Positions 8,853 through 19,292 of a DNA stretch of 64,000 bases are shown piece by piece. Both the position numbers and the translations under genes were made by a program. How positions within the stretch are numbered: position 1 is the stretch's first letter; each line of letters opens with the position of its first letter. Below the pieces are notes generated by a model that did not search any database, had not been told where the DNA came from, and saw nothing but the letters and a program-made list of their open reading frames with translations. Source of the DNA: Planctomycetota bacterium (GTDB lineage: Bacteria; Planctomycetota; SZUA-567; H5-PLA8); NCBI GenBank assembly GCA_038227875.1, contig JBBRPR010000033.1:1-64000 (forward strand), written 5' to 3'.

Positions 8853-10046
8853 TCAAGCGTGTACGGGCGTTTGCGCGAGGACTTTGCGATAGACGGCTTC
8901 GGTTTGTTCGGCAATGGCGTGGGCTGCGAAATGACTTAGTGCGCGTTGACGTCCGGCCTGGCCCATCGTTTTGGCGCGCGCGGGATCGCGGAGCAGCGTC
9001 AGCACGGCGTCGGCCAGGGCGGGGACGTCGCCGGGTGGGACGATCAATCCGGTCTCGCCGGCGGCGACGACTTCGCGTGTGCCACCCACATCCGTCGCCA
9101 CCACCGGTTTGCCCAGCGAGGCAGCCTGCTTGAGCACCGTGGAGCTTGCTTCGCGCGTCACGGACGGCAGCACCAGCAGATCGTAGCTGGCCATCACGTT
9201 CAAAATGTCTTTGCGGAAGCCGAGTAGATGGAAGCGGTCGCTTAAGTTCAAGCGCTCCACCTCCTCGCGGGTCGCGGCTTCGAGCGGGCCGTGGCCGGCC
9301 ATCGCGAAATGGACATTCGGCATCGCACTGGCGATGCGAGCGGCCATGGCGGCGAAGTTGAGTGGTGCTTTGTCGGCGTGGAAATTCGCCGCGAAGCCGA
9401 TCAGCGGGACGTCGTCAGCGAGTTTCAGTTCATTGCGCACGACACGTGGGACTTCGCCGGCTTCGACGAATTCCTGCGGCAACGGCGAATGGATCGTGTG
9501 GAGCTGCTCGGGCTTCAGCAGTCCCGTGTCGGTGAAGAAGCGCGCCTGGTCGCCGAAGATCGTAATGACCTGCGCGGTCATCGTGCGGAAAATCCAGCGG
9601 TTGAAGATGTGGTTCTTCACCGGATAGATGTTGTGCCGCGTGCGCACGATTTTTGGCGGCGAGGACATGCCGGAGATTGCGCTCGCGCCGATCCAATGGT
9701 CCTGCGAACCGTGGCAGTGGTAGATCTGGACGCCGTTGCCGCGCAGAAATTCGCGCAGCTGGCGGACGTCGCGGTAGAACTTCAGTGGACGAAATCCGCG
9801 CACAAACCGGCAGCCGGTGAACGTCTCGACCTTGGCCTCAACGGCGCGTTTGGCCAGTTCGCTGCCTGGCGGCGCGACGATCAGCGCGCGGTGGCCGCGG
9901 AAGTTCAGCGACTTGGCCAGCGAGAGCACCACTTCGGCCTGCCCGCCCCAGAGCTGATGAAAATTCGCCTGCGCGATGGTGAGGCGTTCGTTGGATGGAA
10001 CCGATTGCATCGCGGGGATGTTAGCGGAAATTTTCCGCGCCGCCAA
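8853..10046 (-). CDS. glycosyltransferase family 4 (GT-B)
   Basis: 'WGGQAE', 'DLLVLPSVTREASS...AASLGKPVVATDVGGTREVV...TGLIVPPGD'; true start may be near 10010-10020. Confidence 0.9.
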   Translation of the reverse strand: MAARKISANIPAMQSVPSNERLTIAQANFHQLWGGQAEVVLSLAKSLNFRGHRALIVAPPGSELAKRAVEAKVETFTGCRFVRGFRPLKFYRDVRQLREFLRGNGVQIYHCHGSQDHWIGASAISGMSSPPKIVRTRHNIYPVKNHIFNRWIFRTMTAQVITIFGDQARFFTDTGLLKPEQLHTIHSPLPQEFVEAGEVPRVVRNELKLADDVPLIGFAANFHADKAPLNFAAMAARIASAMPNVHFAMAGHGPLEAATREEVERLNLSDRFHLLGFRKDILNVMASYDLLVLPSVTREASSTVLKQAASLGKPVVATDVGGTREVVAAGETGLIVPPGDVPALADAVLTLLRDPARAKTMGQAGRQRALSHFAAHAIAEQTEAVYRKVLAQTPVHA

Positions 10047-10238
10047 CGCGGGTCCTTAAGTCAGTCGCCAGAAGACAGTCAGCATTCGCTCTCTGAATGG
10101 CTCGTCGCGGCACAGGTGCTCATCTTTTTTCTGTTCGAACGTTCAAAATTTACCACTGGAATGGAACCCGCGATGGTCGCGCAGCTACGTGGTGTATTCT
10201 CGGACGGATGCCATCGGGCCACATCACGGAGAAAAGTA

Positions 10239-12773
10239 ATGCGCACACTACCTCGCTCACTGCATATGCCAGGTCAACTGCTCTGCATGCTGATGGTTGC
10301 CGCGTCCCTTCGCGCCGCTGAATTTCCGGCGTCGACCAGTCCCTGGACACAGTGGGGCGGCCCCGCAGGTTCGGGGACGGCACTCAACGCCGGCAAACTG
10401 GTCTGGCCGCTCGACTGGATGCCGACGCGGTGGCAGACACCAGTAGGGGCGGGGGGTGCGGAGTCCTCCGGCGTGGCGGCGCTCGATGGCCGCGTCTACA
10501 CACTCGGTGCCGACGAGAAAGGCGTTGAAGCCGTCGTCGCTCTGAAAGCGCTGGGCGGCGCGGTGCTGTGGAAGAAAGCGCTGCCGGCCACGGCCTGGAA
10601 AGACGCCGCGATCACGGCCGATGCGCGCGTCATCTGTCCGGCGGCCACGACCACTGCGGTGTTCGTGGTTGGGCGCCGCGGCAGTCTCGTGGCGCTGAAA
10701 CCCGACGATGGCGCGACGATCTGGAGCAAAGACCTCGCCGCCGAATGGAAGCTCGCCGCGTCTGGAAATGCGTTTGCGCTTTCGCCGATGGTCATCGGCA
10801 GCGCCGTCATCGTCGGCAATGCGGCCTTTGACGCGGCGGACGGTAAGCCGCTCTGGGACCTCGGCGGCCGGCACCTCGAGGCCACACCGCCCGCACTGTG
10901 CCCGCCGGCGGCGAAATCGAGCGTGGCACTCGTGCCGCAATCCAATCTCGTGCTGGTGGATGTGGGCAGCGGGAAAGTCACCGCGTCGGCAGACCTCGCC
11001 GCCGATCTGGGACTCACTGAAAAAGATCACGTCTGGACCGTGACTACCGACGGCGGAATTCTGGCCGTCGCCAATACCAAAGCGGTCTTCTACAGCGCCG
11101 ACGCCGGAAAACTGGCGCGCGGTGCCGTGGTGGATTTGCCATCGCCCGTTGCACAACAGCCTGTGACGTGGAAAGGCCGGGCGCTGCTGCCGTTGGCCAA
11201 TTCCGGTTCGGTTGCCGGCGGCGTGGTCTGTGTCGATGTGAAATCTGGCAAGACGCTGTGGAAGTCTGAGACGGCTACGGGTTCGGCGCTGGTGGCCGGC
11301 GACAAACTGGTGCTATGGACTTCTCAGGGCGAGCTTCTCACCTATTCCTTGTCCGACCTGGGCGCTGAAGAACGTTCGCGCACGCTAATGGTGGAATTGA
11401 AGAAAGAGGAAGCCATTTCTCCGGCGCCGTTGGCGTTGGCCCACGGCCGGTTGTATCTGCGTGCGAAGGATCAGCTCACGTGCTTCTACCTGCGTCCGGA
11501 ATGGAACGGCTGGCGCGGCAACAAGCGTAACTTTGTCTCAGAGGAAGAGGGCATCGCGTGGAGCACCAAGGCGCCCAAACAGGCGTGGAAGATTCTCGGC
11601 AGTGAAATGCCGCTGGATTCCTGGAGCAGCATGGCCTGCAGCGAAGGGAAGCTGTTCACGGGGCGCTCCAATCCGGCGAGCAAACACGTGGAAATTGTCT
11701 GCCTGGACGCTGCCACTGGGAAGCAGATCTGGGCCGCACCGTTTCCAAACCGTGAACCGCAGACGAACTATACGCAATGGACCACGTTCTCATCGCCTGC
11801 GCTGGACGATCTTGCCGTCTATCTCGCCGACACCGAATGCCACGTGCTGAAATGCAACCGCGAGACCGGCGCGATTCTGTGGATGACTGATTTGAAGCCC
11901 GATTACATCAAGACATTGCAGTACGGTCTGGCATCCTCCCCGCTGCTGCTGGGAAAGACCGTGATCGTTTCCGATATCGGCCTGGACCGCGAAACAGGCA
12001 AAGTGCTCTGGAATCACCTGCCGACGCCCGAGGGTCGCCTGAGTTCCGTCTCGCTGGGGAAAGTGGGCGCGCGCGAGGTCGCGCTCTCGCTGGCCGACAA
12101 GGCGATCATCGATTTTGTCAGCGCCGACGGCGAGAAAGTCCGCTCGCTCGATCATTCGACGGGAGGCCGGTGCATGGACGTCACTACCGTACCGACGGCG
12201 TTTCATCACAATCAATTTGTCATGACCACCGTGCAGTGGGCCGACCGCAATCTGTGGGATGTCAACGGCGGCGGCAAAAATTGGGAGCGGATTCCCTTTG
12301 GCGTCGTGACGCCGTTTCACAATGGCTATGTCATTCTCAGTTCGTCAAACGCCTTCAAGGATCCCGCCAGCAACGACAAGGGCGGCGAGAATTCCACCGC
12401 TGGCACGACCAGCGCCACGCGCCTGGAATACAAAGGTGGCGACTGGAAGGTTACGCCCATCTGGAGCACGGAAGGCAAGAACGGCATCCGTCACAACATT
12501 GTCGTCGGCGACAAGGTCGTGATGGTTTCGAAGAACACCGACATCATGCTCGCCGATCTCAACGAACCGCAATACAAGGAAATCTGGAAGCTGGAGAACG
12601 CCTGCGAATCGTTCGCGCTGGGCGAACGGCCGCTGGCCAACTGCCCGATTTATTGTGACGGCAAGGTCTACCTGCATCACTATTCAAACATGAATACGAA
12701 GCTGCCGGTCAAGGCGACTCTGGTGTGTTATGACCTGACGGAAGACGGCAAAGGCGTGCCGGAAACAAAATAA
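10239..12773 (+). CDS. secreted protein with two PQQ-like (BamB-type) beta-propeller domains
   Basis: GGAG RBS before ATG 10239, signal peptide, two 'W..W.G' domain starts (WTQWGG, WNGWRG), repeated 'D..tGk..W' blades. Confidence 0.85.
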   Translation: MRTLPRSLHMPGQLLCMLMVAASLRAAEFPASTSPWTQWGGPAGSGTALNAGKLVWPLDWMPTRWQTPVGAGGAESSGVAALDGRVYTLGADEKGVEAVVALKALGGAVLWKKALPATAWKDAAITADARVICPAATTTAVFVVGRRGSLVALKPDDGATIWSKDLAAEWKLAASGNAFALSPMVIGSAVIVGNAAFDAADGKPLWDLGGRHLEATPPALCPPAAKSSVALVPQSNLVLVDVGSGKVTASADLAADLGLTEKDHVWTVTTDGGILAVANTKAVFYSADAGKLARGAVVDLPSPVAQQPVTWKGRALLPLANSGSVAGGVVCVDVKSGKTLWKSETATGSALVAGDKLVLWTSQGELLTYSLSDLGAEERSRTLMVELKKEEAISPAPLALAHGRLYLRAKDQLTCFYLRPEWNGWRGNKRNFVSEEEGIAWSTKAPKQAWKILGSEMPLDSWSSMACSEGKLFTGRSNPASKHVEIVCLDAATGKQIWAAPFPNREPQTNYTQWTTFSSPALDDLAVYLADTECHVLKCNRETGAILWMTDLKPDYIKTLQYGLASSPLLLGKTVIVSDIGLDRETGKVLWNHLPTPEGRLSSVSLGKVGAREVALSLADKAIIDFVSADGEKVRSLDHSTGGRCMDVTTVPTAFHHNQFVMTTVQWADRNLWDVNGGGKNWERIPFGVVTPFHNGYVILSSSNAFKDPASNDKGGENSTAGTTSATRLEYKGGDWKVTPIWSTEGKNGIRHNIVVGDKVVMVSKNTDIMLADLNEPQYKEIWKLENACESFALGERPLANCPIYCDGKVYLHHYSNMNTKLPVKATLVCYDLTEDGKGVPETK

Positions 12774-12815
12774 GCGCTTGAGGATTGTAACTCCCGCGCC
12801 GCCAACGCGTCTGCG

Positions 12816-13295
12816 CTACTGGCTCTCCGGCCGTTGCGCGTTGAGCCGCCAGATCGACGCGTTCAGGATCGTGGCGAAGGCCACCCACAATCCATAGGGA
12901 ATAAAAAGCGCAGCTGCGACGGTGTTCACTCGCCACACCACCGCCACGTAACTCCAAATTGTAATCAGCAGTAAAACCACATCGACCAGCGCCCACGCGG
13001 GACGGCGCAGATAGAAAAAGAGTAACGACCAGAGCAGATTCAGCGCGAGTTGCGTGGCAAAAATCGTCAGCGCCAACGAACGCTGCGCGGAGGTTGCTGG
13101 CGCATCCATCATCAGCCATCCTGAAAACGCCATTAATGTGTAGAGCAGAGTCCACACGGGTCCAAAGACCTTGTCCGGCGGATTGAAGGCCGGTTTGCGC
13201 AGCGTCGCCAGCCAGGGCAATCCGGGTGTGGTTAATTTCGCGCCCAGGCCAGCCACGCCGTAACACGAGATCAGAAAGACGATGAGCGTACCCAT
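12816..13295 (-). CDS. tspO: TspO/MBR tryptophan-rich sensory protein
   Basis: 'W..L.KP.FNPP..VFGPVWT.LY.LM', 'QL.LN..WS.LFF', 'PY.LWVAFAT.LN'. Confidence 0.92.
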   Translation of the reverse strand: MGTLIVFLISCYGVAGLGAKLTTPGLPWLATLRKPAFNPPDKVFGPVWTLLYTLMAFSGWLMMDAPATSAQRSLALTIFATQLALNLLWSLLFFYLRRPAWALVDVVLLLITIWSYVAVVWRVNTVAAALFIPYGLWVAFATILNASIWRLNAQRPESQ

Positions 13296-13368
13296 GGGCC
13301 GCACTTTATCCCGATTCCGTTTCCAATCGCGGAAAGAATCCGTGCGCCGTGATTCAAAGAAGCGATTT

Positions 13369-16275
13369 CTACATGCCGCCAAAACAGACCAGCTGGCCGT
13401 CATTCGTGGTTAGATACAAGTGTCCGCCGGCGCTGGAGAGACCATCGTAAACCGGACTTCCTTCGAGCGTGATGGTTTGCAACCGCTTGCCATCGGAACC
13501 CGAGAGCACCCACAGTTCGCTCTTCTCCTTGGGGTCCTGCGAGGTGGGCATCCCCGCCATGTAAGCGGTGTCACCGGCCAGGACAACGGCGATCATCTGT
13601 TGTGTGATGTGATCGTCGAGCAGCCAGAGGTTTTTGCCCGCGGCGGCGCCGTAGATGTAATGCTGGCCTTCTTTATCCTTCTTCTTCATTTCGGCCGGCA
13701 TGTGGTAGCAGTACCGGTAAGCCGCCACGCCCAATGTATCGGTGAAGGCGAGGTTCTCGCCCCTGACCCAGCCCTCGGTTAACGAGTTATGCTTTTGATT
13801 GGACAAGGCCGGCTCGACGGAGGCCATGTAGTCGGCAAAGGCGATTTCGCTACCATACTTGGTCGTTTGTAGCACGCCTTTCAGATTCATATTCCCAAAC
13901 GCTTTGCAGTCCTTCAATCCATAGCGCATGCCGGTCAGGAAAAGGTCCTTGCCATCGCTCGAGAACAGATCCCCGGTCGAACCGGCGCGCGTCCGCCAGC
14001 GAATTTTCCCGGACGTGGCATCGACGGCAAACAGCCAGAGTCCTTCGGGGACGGCCGACCTTCCGCAGGTAAAGTAAATCGTGCCATCCAGCGGCATCAC
14101 TCCGCCGATGACAGGCCAGGCAGACGCAAACTGGGATTCTTCGGCAAGATATTTTTGAGCCGGCGCCGCGCGTAATCGCCAGACTTCTTTGCCGCTCGCG
14201 GCGTCCAGGCAGTAAACCGATCCACCATCGGTGCCAAAGAGACACATTCCTTTGTGCAGGGCCGGAGGATATTCAACCCGCCCGTCAGCAACGAAGGACC
14301 AGCGCTCCTTGCCCGTGCTCGCGTCCCGGGCGAAAACCCGGTGACTCTTCGGCTCGGCGGTGCAGACCACGCCATACGCGATGGTCGACTGCACCAGCCG
14401 GCTCTCTCCGAGCTTCTCAGACCACAATGGCTTGAGTTTTTCCGGCAGTTTTGCGGCCGTGGCATTGGAGCGGCGCATATCCCTGCGGTACATGGGCCAA
14501 TCGTCGGGCTTTTCCGCGACCGCCGCGGGCGCTCCGCCACTGGAATAGAGCGGCGTGGCGCCCTCTTTGGCCTCATCGGTGAACCATTTCTTGATTCCCG
14601 CTTTGGCCATCGCCAGAAAACCGCGCAACGAGACGCCGCAGTTGCAGTGATGGGGCAGATAATAGGTCAGTCCATTGGCCGGGCACTGTCCCAGTTGACA
14701 GGGTGTGCGGACGGTCTTCGAGCAGGACGCCGTCCCGGAAACCATATCGAGATACCAGGAATTGCTGTACAGCAGGTAGTTGCCGGAGCCTTTGCTTGGG
14801 TTGCAGTGGTCCGGCACTTTGCCCTTGGCGGAGACCTCCTTGCTCACATTTCCGGTGTGCGCATCCAGCACAGAGGCAGAAACACTGTCTGCTCTGCCCT
14901 GTTCTTTGCTTAGCAGCCAGAGCTCGTTCTTGAACGGAAAGATCCCGTAGTTGGAGGACGCGCTTTCCTTTTTCCAGAGCAACGTGCCGTTTTTGGCATC
15001 GTAGGCGGCAAGATAGCCGACTGGTTTGTAGGGTGGGGAATAGCTCAGGTACACGATCCCATTTTTGCAAAAGTCGTGGACGATGGAGTTCGCCGGAATG
15101 GGCTCCGTTTTTGTTTTCCAGAGCGACGCACCACTGTCCAGGCTCACGGCTTCCAGATCTGTCTTGGTCAGCACATAGGCCACGCCGTCGGCAGTGGCCG
15201 GATGAACAACACAGGGGTGCGTCCACTGGATCTTGCCCGAGTCCTTGAGCATTGCCGCCGCCGTCCCCTTCTTACTGCTGGCCACCAGCGACGGTCCAAT
15301 GGACGTCACGGTGTCCGCAACAAATCCGGGTGCGTAGTCATGCAGTTTCTTTCCGGTGACTCCATCCCGGGCCACGAGCCCCGTGTCTTCTACGATAAAA
15401 ACCTTGCGCTCATCGCAGGTCAATGACGTGTCGGACCAGATATAGTTCTGCGTCCAGACCGTACCGCAGGGCAGGCGCCAGAGCTCAAATCCGTTGTAGG
15501 CGTCGCGAGCAATCAGAAAAGATTGCGTTCCGCCCAAGGCTGCCCGGTTCTCCTTGTAGTAGATGCGGCCTCCGGCGGTTACCACGCCGCCGTAGGAGGT
15601 ATACAGAGCGCCCCAACGGGGATCGCCGATCCAGCGTACTTCTTCGAATGGCGCGACAGCCTTGTCGTTGTTCACGCAACTCATGTCAGCGCTGCCGGTC
15701 AGGTGCGTCCAACTGTCGAAATCGGGATTGACGGGTTTACTGAACTGAATCCAGCCCTTGCGGGAAAGCGCTTTGATATCCTTGGCGCCCGCCTGCTTAA
15801 GCTTCGCCTCAAGTCCGTTAATGGCGGCGGGATTGGCATCGTTGCCGATGAATGCATAACCCTCTGGCGCAAGCACGCGCAAAATTTCCGCCGGTTCGAT
15901 TGGGTGGCTGCCCCAGGCGGGCGAAACAACGAGATTGATCAGGTTGTCCGCATAGGGGAGTCCTTCGGCTTCATTCCAGATGAGCGAGGCCCGGTCCGCC
16001 ACTTTGGCTGAAACGATTGTCTCGCGTCCGGCTTGAATGCCCTTCGCGTCCCAGTCGCAACCCTGCACGCACAGACGACTGGCCTTGGCCAAAGCCGAGA
16101 CGAGTTTGCCATCGGTTTCACCTATCACCAGGCACAGGCCCTGATTGAAGCCCGCGGCTTTTACCGTCATCGCGGCGACGTCATCCGGTTCAGCAGCGGT
16201 GGCTGATCGAAAAAGTAATGGTGCAGCCAACGCCATGAAGAGGCAAAACGACGCATGGATTTTCATGAGCAGCAT
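13369..16275 (-). CDS. secreted methyltransferase-fold + tandem PQQ-like beta-propeller protein
   Basis: Signal peptide; 'LPYADNLINLVV...EILRVLAPEG' MTase-like N-terminus; PQQ blades; 'DWPMYRRD' second domain. Confidence 0.85.
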   Translation of the reverse strand: MLLMKIHASFCLFMALAAPLLFRSATAAEPDDVAAMTVKAAGFNQGLCLVIGETDGKLVSALAKASRLCVQGCDWDAKGIQAGRETIVSAKVADRASLIWNEAEGLPYADNLINLVVSPAWGSHPIEPAEILRVLAPEGYAFIGNDANPAAINGLEAKLKQAGAKDIKALSRKGWIQFSKPVNPDFDSWTHLTGSADMSCVNNDKAVAPFEEVRWIGDPRWGALYTSYGGVVTAGGRIYYKENRAALGGTQSFLIARDAYNGFELWRLPCGTVWTQNYIWSDTSLTCDERKVFIVEDTGLVARDGVTGKKLHDYAPGFVADTVTSIGPSLVASSKKGTAAAMLKDSGKIQWTHPCVVHPATADGVAYVLTKTDLEAVSLDSGASLWKTKTEPIPANSIVHDFCKNGIVYLSYSPPYKPVGYLAAYDAKNGTLLWKKESASSNYGIFPFKNELWLLSKEQGRADSVSASVLDAHTGNVSKEVSAKGKVPDHCNPSKGSGNYLLYSNSWYLDMVSGTASCSKTVRTPCQLGQCPANGLTYYLPHHCNCGVSLRGFLAMAKAGIKKWFTDEAKEGATPLYSSGGAPAAVAEKPDDWPMYRRDMRRSNATAAKLPEKLKPLWSEKLGESRLVQSTIAYGVVCTAEPKSHRVFARDASTGKERWSFVADGRVEYPPALHKGMCLFGTDGGSVYCLDAASGKEVWRLRAAPAQKYLAEESQFASAWPVIGGVMPLDGTIYFTCGRSAVPEGLWLFAVDATSGKIRWRTRAGSTGDLFSSDGKDLFLTGMRYGLKDCKAFGNMNLKGVLQTTKYGSEIAFADYMASVEPALSNQKHNSLTEGWVRGENLAFTDTLGVAAYRYCYHMPAEMKKKDKEGQHYIYGAAAGKNLWLLDDHITQQMIAVVLAGDTAYMAGMPTSQDPKEKSELWVLSGSDGKRLQTITLEGSPVYDGLSSAGGHLYLTTNDGQLVCFGGM

Positions 16276-16340
16276 GCTCCCAAATCAATCGATTCCAATC
16301 GCCCGAACGGAAATCCGCACCGGTCTTGAAGCAGGACAAT

Positions 16341-17435
16341 TCACGTTGGTTGCCAGAGTCGAACCGGCACCTGATGACAGACCGGGGGTCGCTTGGGATC
16401 CGCGTAGCGCAGGGGCAGCGCCGACATCGCCACTTCGGCCATGTCCGCGGCGTTCCAGACCACCGCCGGCGGCACGTTCCCCTCCTCAAACAAGGGAAAA
16501 TAACCTTCCTGCATCGCTTCTTCATTAATCCAACCCACGACGTGAAGGTCCGAACCGCTTTTCAATCCCAGCCGCTGCGCGGCCTTGGCAATCGCAAATG
16601 TCATGGGGCGCCACAACGCGAGAATGCCATCGGGCCGGTCGGCTCGGGACAGCAGTTCCATGGCTGCTTGCAATAGACCGGCATCATCGATTTTGAGAAA
16701 GCGTTCCGATGCAAATGTTTTGCCTGCGGCAGTGATGACCGTGCGGGAACCGCTGTAGCGCAATTGGCCGTGATAGTGATGGAGCGTAAGTCCAAACCAG
16801 GCAATGCGGCGGCACCCCTTATTCAAAAGATGTCTCACCGCCAATTGTCCGCCCGCAAAATTATCCTGAACCACCACGTCGCAATTCAAATCCTCCCGCC
16901 AATCGTCGATGACAACCGCGGGCAGCGAATTGCTCTCAGCCCATTTCAGTAATTTCAAATTCGGATTGTCAATCACCAGGCCGGAAAGAGAGTTGTTCTT
17001 GAGATGATTGAGAATGCCGTGCTCCTCTCCGGCATTCATCAGCAGCTTGACCACGTACGACTGTTTACGAATTGCCTGTTGCTCGAAGCACGTCAATAAA
17101 TTGCGGTAAAGAAGATCCCATCCGCCGAAGACATTCTCCCGCGACATGACATATGCGATTGGTTTGATGCCGGGAATTCCATTGCCAACCACTCGGAAAC
17201 CTTTACGCGGCTCCGCCTCGACATAGCCCTGCCGCGCCAGCGCTTTCAGCGCGCGCCACGCGGTGTTGTGTGCGACCGAGTGCGTTTCGCTGAGCTGCCG
17301 AACAGTCGGCAAAAACGAGCCCGGTTCAATTTGCCCGTGCCGTATCGAATCGATAATGGAGGACGCTAGCTGAGCCGAATCGCCTACTGTATTCACTGTG
17401 TATCCCTCTGTATTACTGCCAGTTCTGTGTAGCAT
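16341..17435 (-). CDS. GntR-family HTH fused to LacI-type ligand-binding domain (AraR-like regulator)
   Basis: 'PGSFLPTVRQLS...TAWRALKAL...PRKG' wHTH plus 'DNFAGGQLAVRHLL.KGCRRIA'; start uncertain. Confidence 0.85.
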   Translation of the reverse strand: MLHRTGSNTEGYTVNTVGDSAQLASSIIDSIRHGQIEPGSFLPTVRQLSETHSVAHNTAWRALKALARQGYVEAEPRKGFRVVGNGIPGIKPIAYVMSRENVFGGWDLLYRNLLTCFEQQAIRKQSYVVKLLMNAGEEHGILNHLKNNSLSGLVIDNPNLKLLKWAESNSLPAVVIDDWREDLNCDVVVQDNFAGGQLAVRHLLNKGCRRIAWFGLTLHHYHGQLRYSGSRTVITAAGKTFASERFLKIDDAGLLQAAMELLSRADRPDGILALWRPMTFAIAKAAQRLGLKSGSDLHVVGWINEEAMQEGYFPLFEEGNVPPAVVWNAADMAEVAMSALPLRYADPKRPPVCHQVPVRLWQPT

Positions 17436-17716
17436 ACACTACGACAAATGAGCCGGAAGTAGGTAATTTCAGAAAACATCAAAGGGTTAGTTCTGTATTA
17501 TGATTTGTATCCTAATTAAATATTAATGTTTGCGCAATCCGTAGCGTCTGTTTGGCGTTCAGCGTCGACCGAAAATGAAATCCCGCCGACATCATGAAGG
17601 GGCGGTTCGTTGCGACATGTACGACCTTCGCACCCGTGCAGATTAATCAGATTTCGGCAGTTTTTCGCACCCCTTGCCAGACATAGCACCACTGTCATGT
17701 GGAGCGGAGGTCGGGT

Positions 17717-19057
17717 ATGCGCAGACGAGGTTCGGCGTGGCGTTGTCTGAGTCTGGCGGCGGTGCTGCTGATTGCGGCTACGGCGCGTTGCGCCGACGAA
17801 ATTGAATTCCTGACCGGCGAAAAAATGCAGGGCACCGTCATCAGCGAGACGGTCGATTCCATCGTCTTCAACAGCGGCGGCGCGCAACTCAAACTCGCAC
17901 TCAAGCAGATTCGCGCGATCACCGTTAAAGGTCAGCGCCGCGTGCTCGATTCCGGTTCACCGGTTACGGCGGTGAAAGCGCCTTCGAATGCGTCCGCACC
18001 ACCACCCGCGGTTGCCTCGAAAACTCCGGCTGCACCCGCGGCCGCAAATGCGACCGGAGCGGGCGTCACCCGCACCAAAGCAGAAATCGAAGCGCTCATC
18101 GCCAAGGAAGGCGCCTCGCCGCCGTCGTGGTGGGAATCGGTTCCGCTGAACGTGCCCACCGGGCTGGACCTCACCTGGCAGACGCCACCCAAGGGCTCGG
18201 GCTGGGATGCGAGCAAATGGCTTGGGCAGTATATGTGGAGCACCATCAACGAAAATCCGGCCAAGTGGAAAGATGGCGTGCGGCTGCTCCATCACGTGCT
18301 GACCGTCAACGAGAAGGATCCCGCCAAGCTCAAGCAGACCATGAACGCGTTAGCCACCGCGTACGCTGAACTTCTCGACGACTGGGCGCGCGCGGCATTC
18401 TGGTGGCGCAAGGGCGGCGGCGGAGGCCATGCCGGCTACAGCAACCAGGTCGCGCTCGCGCGCTGCTACTGGAAATTGGGCAACCGCGACATGGCCGTGG
18501 AGATGCTCGCGACCGACAAGAACGTCAACCCGGACCTGATTCGCTGCTGGGGCGATCTGGGCGAAACCGACAAGGCGCTGCAGATGGCCGAGCCCATGGT
18601 GAAATCGAATTTCATGGTCGCGCAAGCCGCCGGAGACGTCTGCCGCATCTCCGGCCTGAATCCCAAGGCGCTCGACTACTACCAGAAAGCGCTCGCCGGC
18701 ATGCCCGCGAGCATCAATCAAATGGTGAAGGACCGCCTGCAGGGCAGCATCGACGCGATTAAAGCCGCCGACGTCTTAAGCCATCTCGACAAGATCGCCG
18801 ATGGCACCTACGTCGGCTCGTCGATCGGCTACGTCGGACCCGTGGAAGTCACGGTGAAGATGAAAGGCGGCAAGATCGAATCGTGTTCCGTCACGCAGCA
18901 TCACGAAAAACAATACTACTCCTCCATCGCCGAAGTCCCCGCGCGCATTATCCAGAAGCAGGGCATCAAAGGCGTCGACACGACCACCGGCGCGACGCTG
19001 ACATCCGAAGCGATTATCAATGCCAGTGCGAAGGCGATTGTCGGAGCAGCGAAGTAA
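17717..19057 (+). CDS. secreted TPR-like protein with C-terminal FMN-binding (flavinylation) domain
   Basis: Signal peptide; 'DGTYVGSSIGYVGPVEVTV...GVDTTTGATLTSEAIINA'. Confidence 0.85.
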   Translation: MRRRGSAWRCLSLAAVLLIAATARCADEIEFLTGEKMQGTVISETVDSIVFNSGGAQLKLALKQIRAITVKGQRRVLDSGSPVTAVKAPSNASAPPPAVASKTPAAPAAANATGAGVTRTKAEIEALIAKEGASPPSWWESVPLNVPTGLDLTWQTPPKGSGWDASKWLGQYMWSTINENPAKWKDGVRLLHHVLTVNEKDPAKLKQTMNALATAYAELLDDWARAAFWWRKGGGGGHAGYSNQVALARCYWKLGNRDMAVEMLATDKNVNPDLIRCWGDLGETDKALQMAEPMVKSNFMVAQAAGDVCRISGLNPKALDYYQKALAGMPASINQMVKDRLQGSIDAIKAADVLSHLDKIADGTYVGSSIGYVGPVEVTVKMKGGKIESCSVTQHHEKQYYSSIAEVPARIIQKQGIKGVDTTTGATLTSEAIINASAKAIVGAAK

Positions 19058-19292
19058 ACGGCACGCCCAGCGCACGGCAACTTACGCGATACAATCCGCC
19101 CAAAATACAGCATCGTGATCACAATTTGCGAGCTCGCATTTTGCATCATTTCACACGTGCATGCAAAATGTGCATAAAGCCGCTTTTCGCCTAGTATTAT
19201 TCGTGACAACGCAGTCTCTAAGTGTATAGCAGAACGGATAGCAGCCGCGGCACTTTTGCCGCGTCGGTTCTGGCCAACGAACAGGTGGTTTC

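Noticed and set aside
9291..10238. 316-aa N-terminal extension of the 1160-aa ORF
   Set aside because: It is largely antisense to the GT4 gene; RBS and signal peptide indicate a start at about 10239.
19137..19170. CATTTTGCAT-N14-ATGCAAAATG inverted repeat
   Set aside because: Could be an operator, but it is a single AT-rich instance with no supporting context.
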